This document shows, piece by piece, positions 1-10,200 of a stretch of DNA of 64,000 nucleotides. How positions within the stretch are numbered: the first letter of the stretch is position 1; the number at the start of each line of letters is the position of its first letter. The stretch comes from Haliotis rubra. Lineage: Eukaryota. Under the pieces are notes generated by a model. The model did no database searches. It was not told the DNA's origin and was given only the letters and a program-made list of their open reading frames with translations. A program made the translations under genes and the position numbers. The stretch is from contig NW_025766636.1 in assembly GCF_003918875.1 (NCBI RefSeq), forward strand, positions 558,001 through 622,000, read 5' to 3'.

Positions 1-471
1 CTCAGCAAAACTGAAATGAAATTGTCGTGAAACTCATCTATCATCAAGCTATAAAAATATCTAACAAAAGCAAGATCAACGTTACCTCCAAATCAGTTTT
101 GAAGGTAATAATTATTAAGAAATTAGTTATGAGTAGTACCACTTCCTTAATCCTCACAAAGATAGGATTACGCCATTTCTCCGATCTCACTTCTATAATT
201 AACGCAGTAATTCGTTGTACTGTGGCTAGGACAAAAATCAAAAGTGATGCAGCTCTTAAAACATTTATGACACTGAAGTAACTGTGCCAACATCCATCCA
301 TCCATCCATCTTTAGGACTGGCAACTATAAACAAAATAACATTAATTCAAACGCCTAAACAAAAGATTAACTACATGTTGACACTCAGGATTTGCACTTA
401 CACCTAACCCTATATCTTATAAACTTCAGAGTTAATGTTTCAAACATACAAATGCTCATTGTTCCACTCAC

Positions 472-3400
472 TTCATATTCTCAACTTTCCCATTCTCCTC
501 TTCGTCTGTCACCATGATGAATGTCTTCACTACCTCTTTCTTCTCGTAGAATGGCCACAAGCTAGCAGCAGGAGTTGTCCCCCCTCCTGCCTTGGTCGTC
601 ACCGCCAGCTCCAGCACTTCATCAATGGTCTTGGGCAAGTATGGCTTCCACGATTCTCAGTGTTGAAGAAGACAAGTCTGGCTGAGCAGATGGCGGTGAG
701 CAGACTGGCGATGATAGTGCTGGTTCGGATGGCGACCTGCATGGAGCCAGATGCATCGCCAATCACAACAATCGGGGACTCCAGAGGAAGTCTAAAGAAA
801 AGTACAGATAATGAATAAGTGATTCAATTATATTCTCGAAGCCTAAGGGTTCTGTTCTGTTCTCAACTAAATTGGACTCCCAGCTCTCTCCGGAGTTGAG
901 AGTTGGACTTATCTCAGGACTTGAGAGTTGGACTTTTATCAGTTGAACTCATCTCAGGAGTTGAGAGTTGGACTTATCTCAGGACTTGAGAGTTGGACTT
1001 TTATCAGGCGTTAAAAGTTGAACTCATCTCAGGAGTTGAGAGTTGGACTTATCTCAGGACTTGAGAGTTGGACTTTTATCAGGCGTTTAAAGTTGAACTC
1101 ATCTCAGGAGTTGACAGTTGGACTTATCTCAGGAGCTGTACATCAGTACTACATATATTACTTACTTGATTGATGTCAGTCTTGTTTCAGCCATGGGGAT
1201 CAGTTTGGGAAGAAAACAGACTTTAGTTGGGTTTGCCTCCCTTGCTGGGGCACTTGTGCTGTAATATGACTGAGTCTGGATGTTCTCACGGATTATCTTC
1301 AGGGTCAATAATCTTTCCAACAGTTTCCCATTGGCCAGGTTCACATTATCGCCTGCTTCAAGTCGTTCCGTTATGATCTTATCTACCTCCATGCACTGAA
1401 GATCCTCATACCACCTGTAGGAAGACAAACAGAGATATCAGTACAGTTTTCACATTGCATTGGTTGGACATTCAGTCAAAACTGAAAATAGACAGTAGAA
1501 TATTTCATTTGATTCCCAAGTATAGCAGATTTCATATATCATATAAATATACATCCGCTTAAAATCTGAAGGACTTTAAGTGTGTGGGTCAAATGGGGAA
1601 TGAATGTTGTTTTACGCTGCTGTAGTCTACACTATTCCATTGATATCAACTTGGTGCGTTAACTGACAGGACTAGACACATGAATGATTGACACCATGAA
1701 CATAGATGTATACAATGACAGATAATCTGTCAACATTTTAACCACCAGAGCCAACATAGAGTGACCCAGAATCCAGAGTGAGTGAGTCAGTTTACAGCAT
1801 GTCATGGAGAGAGATACTGTTTATTGCAGTCTCAACACTTTTATGGAATATTTAAATTATATAATTAAAATATTTAAATATATAAACACATCAAAGTGTC
1901 AGAAGATATATCCAGTTTCTAAAGAGAGATATATGTTCAAACAATATATTTTTCATGAAATTAGAATAAATAAGAAACTAAATGGTTGATATTAATTATT
2001 TCTTGGTTTGGGATAGTTTTAAAATCTTGGTGGATAGGTAGGCGGAAAGAATAAAATAAAAAAATCATGTTATTTTTTCTGAATATATCAATATATTTTC
2101 TGAATATGTTGTTTCCAGTTAAGTTAAACTTGTCTCATCACTTAACCTAATGTTTTGACTCTTTTGTGTGAGCACAAATGATTGCAACAATGCATATTTT
2201 ACCATAAGACTGTGTCCAGTTTTGACTCATATGCAGCTAATCTGGCTTTGGAGTTGTCCGTCAACTTGGCCTTGTGTTCCTTGACATGCGTGTATGGGAC
2301 ATCGTACTCTGTGATGAGGTCATTGACGTTGGCCTCGGTGACGTCCCGACACCTCTCCACCATTGATCCACTAGGGGGATTGTCCCCAAAACAGAACGGC
2401 AAGAACCATGGCAACACTTCAAAATCCTGCAACACAAAACATGCATATGAATTACACACAGATCAATAAGTGATATAAGTAAATGAATGCTGTACTCCAA
2501 CATACAACCAGACCTATCACTGCAGCCTGTCTGGGGATAGACAAACCTGGCAGTCAACTGCACGAATGACAACTCAACACTAGCAGATTTTTTTAAACGT
2601 AGGAAGCACTGTATGACATCATCAGCGCAGGATGGAGCACATTTGAAACTTATAAAAATGTGCAGTTAGAAAGTGACATGAAGAACACAGCAAACTAAGA
2701 TGATTTATGTTTGCTTATAGATAATTGTTTCCTACATGCATATAGGACTGAACACTGTGATTCATATGTAGCTGCAAGACTGAACAATGTGAAAGTGCGT
2801 CTAGCATAATACATGTAAACTCTTTTGTCATGTGTACATTAGATTAAAATGACATATTGTATTATGCCTCACTTCAGACCAGGTGACACCCACTGACAGT
2901 CAATCTTCATGGCCATGACTGACTGACTGAGTTTGGTTTTACGCCGCATTTAGCAATATTCCAGCAACATCACGGTCGGGGGACACCAGAAATGGGCTTC
3001 ACACATTGTACCCATGTGGGGATTCCAACCCGGTCTTCAGCGTGACGAGCCAACGCTTTAACCACTAGGCTACCCACCGCCCCTTCATGGCCATGTCGCT
3101 CTAAGTACAATATATGATCTACACGTGAAGATCCGGGTTAGAGTTGATCTTCAGTAACTCAGAGACGACTTACAGGATCGGGTGGTCAGACTCGCTGACT
3201 TGGTTGACTCATGTCATCGTCATCCCAATTGTGTAGATCGATGCTCATGATGTTGATCGCTGGATTGTCTGGTCCAGACTCGATTATTTACAGACTGCCA
3301 CCATATAGCTGGAATATTGCTGAGTGCAGCGTAAAACTAAACTCACAATATAATCAGCTGTCAGACTTACTGTTTGGGGGTTGAAGTGGCAGATGTCTGC

Positions 3401-5232
3401 CAGTTTCTTCCATGGATCTTTAGGGTAGTGGAGAGCGTAGAACTCGAGCTCCTCCTTGGTGAATGTCTTTACCCACGCCTGGACATGTTTGCACACCGCC
3501 CCACTTGCTGACCCTTGCTGCAAACAAAATCATCACAAGTATTAATACCATGGTATGGCTCAGTATATGCCAATAATGGTTGTCACACCAGAAGGGGTGA
3601 CAACCATTATTAATATATTAATCTGACCAGTTGTTTTAAATCATTTTGTACTACCTCACATCGGTTTCAATCTCACTAAGATCTGAAATTGCAGCTCCAG
3701 GGCGGGGGTAGCACATGTTCATGTTCACGAAGATTACACTGATTTCAAAGAGATTGCACTTGTTTCAAATTTTGAGTCTATTGTGATTTCGTTATCAGCA
3801 AATAATGTAATGGAATTCACTGCTCTTTCATGTTTGTAAGACAAACTGTTAGAATATTATTCTGATTTGCAAATACTTTTCCATCTTATGGAGAGAAGGG
3901 AAGCAACTCTAATTAGTTAATTAGGAAACAGCTATCAGTGCTGTTATTTCATTTGCCACACTGAATTAAGAAGAAAGTATATTTTTGATAATAAAATAGA
4001 ATATATCATGTACATGTTTAATGAAAATTAATATTTTCAATTAGGATCTTTTAATTAGGTCTACTAGCAGTTTAGTGTTGAGACTGTTGCTCGCATTTTC
4101 TATTATTGGTGCAACACATCAAGGGAGACAACCCCTGCATTACTTACTGGTGGTTTTATTGCATTGAGGTTGTCAATGTCTGACTTCAACTTTCCGAACT
4201 TCGTCTTGCTGATCTTTGACCCTGTGAGCTGCAACCTTTTGAGCTTCTTCTCCAGAACACGCACTCTCCTTCCCGAGTCAAGTAAAGTTAATGTCTTCAA
4301 GACCTCAACTAGTCCAAACTGCTCTCTGTTCTGGAGAAAGGCATCAGCAAGCTTGTAGTCATGCCGCGCCCATGCTGCAGTCAAAGCTCGTACACAGGCA
4401 TCTGCAATTTCACAATGAAAGTTTGCGTTATTAGTTTCATTTAGAATTTTTACAGAAATCTGTGCATATGTTTTCATTCAAAACTTCTAGAAAATCTATA
4501 TTCATTGAGACACCTTCATAATGCTTGATATTATATATCTGACTTGTCGAATGCCCTGTACAACTTCAGTATAAATATTTGAAGAAAGGACAAATCTCCT
4601 TACTCTTTCCCTAAAAATATCTCTGCCATTGATCATTTTTCTCATAACATTTCATCTATATATATCTGCAAGTAGCTTTTCTTTATTTACTGATCTTTTA
4701 AAGAGACAACTTGTCAATAAATCTACATTGATATCCTAACAAATTAAAACTTACTTCCGAAATATATATATATTCAATTTGTTACATTAACTTTAACAAA
4801 TTATATATTTAATGGAGAAATATACAGAATAGATCTTTGATGTAGTACATATTGAAAAAAACCATTCATTTTTAAAAACTATATGCACTCACAAAATTAT
4901 GCTGATGCATCAAAAATAAAACTTGACGTCAGCAATTTGTACTCACTTTGAGCCACTGCCACTCCATTCTTCCTGAGAACTGCCATTGTGGCAGCGTACC
5001 TGTCCAGGTTGTCTGTCTGTCCCTGGATGTGTTGGGCCACCGATGCGGTGCCTGTGAAGTAGTCATTAGGATTCGTCTCGATGTCGAACTGTTTTGGAGC
5101 ACTGCCTTGCTCATCTTTAACTTGATTCGAGGCGGACGCATATCTCCCTCGTCCTCCTCTACGACTACGACCACGCCCACCTCGAGCACCCCCACGTCCA
5201 CGTCCACGACCACGGCCTCGTCCTCTCGACAT
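472..5232 (-). CDS. RGG + TROVE-like + vWA domain protein, paralogue A (Ro60-like family); last exon apparently outside the window
   Basis: GT-AG exons 5232-4947, 4401-4148, 3517-3371, 2426-2203, 1414-1166 and 791-472 join in phase and align with paralogue B (lengths 254/147/249 identical). Motifs: MSRGRGRG..., WKKLADICHFNP, GDASGSM, FIMVTDEEE. One 1-nt frameshift near 645. Confidence 0.85.
885..1135. repeat. Intronic minisatellite (~25-bp units, ~76-bp higher-order period)
   Basis: Repeated ggagttgagagttggacttatctca variants. Confidence 0.9.
2918..3083 (-). mobile_element. tRNA-derived SINE, family A
   Basis: A-box TAGCCTAGTGG, B-box-like GGTTGGAATCC, tail GCTGGAATATTGCTAAATGCGGCGTAAAAC; target-site duplication cttcatggccatg at 2905 and 3083. 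Confidence 0.9.
3124..3346 (+). mobile_element. SINE-like repeat, family B
   Basis: Similar copies at 11930-12154 and 37577-37804; 3' tail shared with family A. Confidence 0.85.
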
Positions 5233-5349
5233 TATGAAATGTGACAACTGTAGAAAACTATACGAGGTGTCTTAATCGGTCATATATGTGGTGCCCGCGT
5301 TCTAAGTCTCTCTCGTCAGCGAACTATGGGCTACTACCGCATGCTCGTG

Positions 5350-5356
5350 TTTATAT
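5350..5356 (-). promoter_or_regulatory. Candidate TATA box of paralogue A
   Basis: ATATAAA on the minus strand about 120 nt upstream of the ATG at 5232. Confidence 0.4.
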
Positions 5357-6253
5357 CGCACCAAGTGCGCCTTGCACAACAACATGTCAACAGCTCGCGT
5401 ACCTAGCAACACTCGGAACTCCGCACATAAATATAGTTCGGTGAGATAGGTCTGCATTATTCACTCCAATATATATATTCAATAAATATACGTTTAAATG
5501 TGATTATATCATACAGAATATTAACACATTTAGAAGCTGTCATGTATTCTAATGCAGAGATTACGCTTCAACTGTACGCGTTTCGATGCGTAGGAATATA
5601 CATATGCGGGTTCATTCATGAAATTACGTTTAGCTTTCGTCAGTTCGAATTTTACCATGACGTGTTAAAAGAGTCGACAAGAACCTTCTCGAACATCATT
5701 ACAATGAGAGAAGAAATGTTTTAGATAATATTTGAATTCCCTATGTTACTCGAGTTGAAAAGCTGCAGATAAACATGCAACACTTCAACTATACAGATCG
5801 ATATATAACTGGTCCATCAAAAATCACACAAAACATTTGCGGCAGGTTAAAAACAAACACCGTTATTATTATGAATTGTTTTAAAAACATTGACCACCAT
5901 TTTGTAATGAACGAAGACTGCGATGTTTATTACAATGAAATATTATTTAGCAAGCTTGTCCTATCTAGGTCCTATCTAGGTTGTCCTATCCCCGGGCCCC
6001 TACTCTTTGTATATGATTGCATATGTAGTTGTAATCGCGGTTAACCGCGCTCAGTCTGCAAGCTATAACAGGTGGAACTCGGCCAAACCTATGGAAGAAA
6101 TAACATTGTTTATATCTATATCTTAATGGCATTTTAAAGATGTGATGGCATCAATGGAGAAAGAGGCTAATAATATCAGCTTCTTTTTCATTTTGTCAAT
6201 GCGATGTTTTTAGGTACATATGTCCTTAAATAATAATTTAAGCAAGTGTTGTA

Positions 6254-6341
6254 CCCAGATAGCATTGTGACGTTGGCCCAACGTTGGCAATGTTGGCAAA
6301 ACCATAGCTAACGTTGGGCCAACGTCTGAATGCTAGCTGGG
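6254..6341. mobile_element. Short hairpin MITE flanked by TA
   Basis: TA|CCCAGATAGCATT..GACGTTGGCCCAACGTT ... AACGTTGGGCCAACGTC..AATGCTAGCTGGG|TA inverted repeat. Confidence 0.75.
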
Positions 6342-7060
6342 TATTAGCTTTTCATATCAATACCCATGAAAAACTACAGTTCTTACCGAACATGATGTGT
6401 TTTACCTCTCTATTTGTTTGTTTGGGTTTTTTTTCGTTCGTTCGTTTTCTTTCATTCATTTTTTTAACAGACTACAACCAGACATAATTGTGTCGGTATA
6501 CACATCATAGGTTTTCACAATCTACCTACTTATACAGACAACAACGTGTCGGCGACATGATATTATTTGTATACATTTTCGTTTCTGCTATTTTGTTTCG
6601 TGTCACATTTGTGCACATGAAGTAGTTCAACTGTATCTTTTTTTCTTGTCTTTAATAAGAGAACCAAACCATTTACAATCATATGACATTAAACCTTAAA
6701 CCTCGATGAAAGGCCACAGGAAGTAGTGATGAAACGTCGCAATTACAAACATAGAAACGGTGTAGGATTTTAGTGTGGATGGTTGTTTTTTTTAATAAAT
6801 CTCAATAATTCTGTGGAATACCGCTTGTTTCGGAATATGGTGTAACATTCATGTAGGGTATACTTACTATTTTACTCATTTGTTTAAAATAGAATCACAC
6901 TCCCATACCTGATGAAACGTACGAGAAATATAACAGTGACTGGGATACCGTAAACGGATCTCAAATGTTAGCTGCTTCGACGAACGATGAACGGAAGGCA
7001 ACAAAGACGTAATTAGAACTACATCATATTTGACCCTAGGTCATAGAAGCTCGAGTACGC

Positions 7061-7151
7061 TGATTGGCTACAGGAAATCTGATCGCTGATTGTGCAAGAT
7101 ACAAATTCGTAGGTTCATATATAAATGTTCTGACGCGTTGAAACAGTCAGT
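7061..7151 (+). promoter_or_regulatory. Core promoter of paralogue B (inverted CCAAT, TATA, Inr)
   Basis: ATTGG near 7063, TATATAAA 7118-7125, TCAGT 7147-7151 about 30 nt downstream of the TATA. Confidence 0.55.
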
Positions 7152-7228
7152 ATACTGAAATATGGGAACATAGCTGAATCAACGATTTACCAGCGTGAAA
7201 GACACCTCGTGAATTACCGAACAATAAC

Positions 7229-10200
7229 ATGAGCGGACGTGGACGAGGCCGCGGAAGGGGTAGACGGGGCGGGGGACATAGAGGTAGGTCCCGAGGTGGG
7301 CGGGGCGCCATGCGGGGTGGCATGGGGAGACAGCACGTGGAGGAAGTGACAGATCAAAACAAGGTGGAGGAACATACGGATCTGGATATAGAGAAGGAAC
7401 CGAAAGACTATTTTGTGGGGACAGTGAGTATGGCAGATCACGTGAAAGGACAGGAGCAAAACAGAACACGTTATGCAGCTGCAATGGCGGTGTTGGCTAA
7501 CAGCGGAGTGGCGGTATCTCAGAGTGAGTCATCATCGGATTATATATTGTCTATATATAGCCAAATGAAAGCTATAACGCTTAGCTTTAACACTATATTA
7601 AATATCCGGGAAGTGTTAGAATGCATATCTAACTGTTTTCCCATTTTCTCCTAATACAAGGTTATGTGCATATGTTGGCTTTAATAGTGTACGTGTGTGT
7701 GAACCATAAAACCCAGCCTGTGTAATTTGTTTTTAAAACAATGCACAAAATTCCACATCAGTATACTATCAATATGAGTATAGTTCAAGATTATGGAAAA
7801 CATTACCAAGCACATGTGCATGAATGCATATAAAGTTGTAATCGCGGTTAACCTCGCACGGCTCATAAAACACACTTAACATCGCTTTTGAGAAATCGGC
7901 TTAACTTGAGGGAAAAATTCAGGGGAAAATATATGTGGAATACGATAATATATGTTATGGGTACGTATGCCATTATGGGTTGTACGAAACGAGTTTTGAA
8001 TACCTCGTGCAGGAGCGAAATATATAATGGAATCCTGATCAGACATAATCTTTTCTCTTCTAAAATGTCCAAGCAGAAAGAAATCTCGACTTTTATATAT
8101 GCCATATACATGTATCTCACTAGAAGGAGTGCTTGGGTTTTGGTCTAAGGCCTCCGTGACCAGTATTTCAATTTTGAAGGCTTAGGAGGAAAGTTCGAAG
8201 TGGACCAAGTCTAGACATTAATAATTAGAGCTGTGGTAACAACAGCCTTTATTTGTGTAGGTGCTGACAAAAATATGATAAGTGTGATCTTGGATTTAAA
8301 CCCGCGACAATGGGTCCCTCACAAATCGGAACATCGACTCTCCGCCTATTTCACTCAAGTGACAAAAAGGTGTGGTTACCTTGCTGTCCCGTCGACCTTA
8401 GTTCGATTCCCATAGGGAACAGCGAAACCCATGGTCCCCTGTCAATAATACTCAGTCATGTTTCACTTTGATTATTCCAGACGCGAGGGTGCGGGCGTTG
8501 GCTGCGGCGTGGGCAAGAAGCGACTACGACCTCTCAGACGGCTTTCTCCAGAACAGGGAACAGTTCGGTCTGGTGGAGGTACTAAAGGCCTTGACATTGC
8601 TGGACTCGGGGAGACAGATTCGCGTCCTTGAGAAAAGAATGACAAGGTTACTGCTGTCAGGGACAAAGGTCAGCAAAAAGAAGATGGGGAAGATTAAGGC
8701 TGACCTAGGAAACCTCAAGGCTATCAAACCCCCAGTAAGTGGAAACGTCGCCATCTTTAAATTGTTTGAAGCTTTCAGTAAACTTAATAACAAAATTGAG
8801 ATAATGTTAATTATGTTCGATGCAGTGGGTTAATGTACCAGTATTGGATGGGGAAAAACAAAAAGAACATATCCACCACTCGAATCGGGCCTTCTTTATT
8901 GTATTTACAGTAGTATATTTACAAACTTTCAAGATCACTTGGATGCGAGTGTTTCCAGACTGTACATAATGCTGACTGCAGCTTATAACAGCATCAACAC
9001 TTCCTGTATATTATGTACAAAAATACGAAAAGAATTCCGTAATAATCACAATTTGTTTGTTTAATCAAAGACAGGGGTGTATAAACGGATATAACATGTT
9101 TGATGACGTGTTGCCAGACAGGCTCCGCCAGTGGCGCCACCTGCAAGCACATCACGAGGTGGGTGAGGAACTTCACCACCCAGGAGCTGGAGTTCTACGC
9201 ACTGTACTTCCCCAAACAAGGCTGGAAGAAGCTTGCAGACATATGCCATTTTAATCCCAAAGAGGTAGATAAACGCAGCTATGTTCTATTACCAAATAAG
9301 TTGATATACACAGACATATTTTTAGAACAAAAGCCAAATATACAGAGATAATATTTAATCCCAAAGCGGTGGATATACGTGGCTTTAAGGTCACAACATA
9401 CGTAGCTATTTCAACACTACAAACTGTGTGAAGTTTAATTGTCGTATGTACAAACAGCTAACCTTTTAATATTCTGGAAAGGTTGCCCTTAACTTCCTTT
9501 CAAACTGGTATTATTTTTTCCCGAAAATGTGAGTTAAAGGTTATAAAGTAACGTATTATATTTTTAAATGGTATTTCGTTGACAATTTGCCTAAACGATA
9601 TAACGGTTTAATCAGAGAAGCTTGCACTAAAAGCTACTGATGCAATACACTATGAAACAAGACTCAGTGTCGTGCGACATTGACGGGTTTATAATCTTGT
9701 GCAGGATTTTCCCGCGTTGCCATGGTTTCTGCCTTTCTGCTATGGTGGGCCTGCTCCAGACAACACGATGGTGGAGAGGTGCCAGAACCTGACGCCAAGC
9801 AACGTCGACGACCTTGTGAAGGAGTACGACATCCCGTACAGTGTGATGAAAGCGCACGTCGAAAGCCTTACGCCTGACTCTATGACGAGAGTGGCGGCAT
9901 ACGAGAAGCTGGACACCATTCTCTGGTAGGTGCCATATATAAGCTTCTGGTAAGTGCCATATATAAGCTGTTGGAAATTGGTGTGTGTGTGTGGGTTGGG
10001 GGGGTGTGTTGTTGTTGATATAAACGTTAATATAGGTCATAGGTATGAAATACACAATGCCATATTTAGAAAGTGGTCAAATGTAACATATGTTATATTT
10101 GGGATTACACCCTATGTTACATAGGTCGTAGGTGCCTGGAGAGCGCAGAATCTCGGGACCTCTCGCAGGCAGACCGTATGCTATACGTGATCATAACCAA

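Noticed and set aside
27-334. ORFs 27-281 and 44-334 as the last exon of paralogue A
   Set aside because: No similarity to the last exon of paralogue B
5233-7228. Y-RNA-like gene beside the Ro60-like pair
   Set aside because: No GGCTGGTCCGA..GACTAGCC-type stem with a Pol III terminator seen by eye; a covariance-model search is still needed
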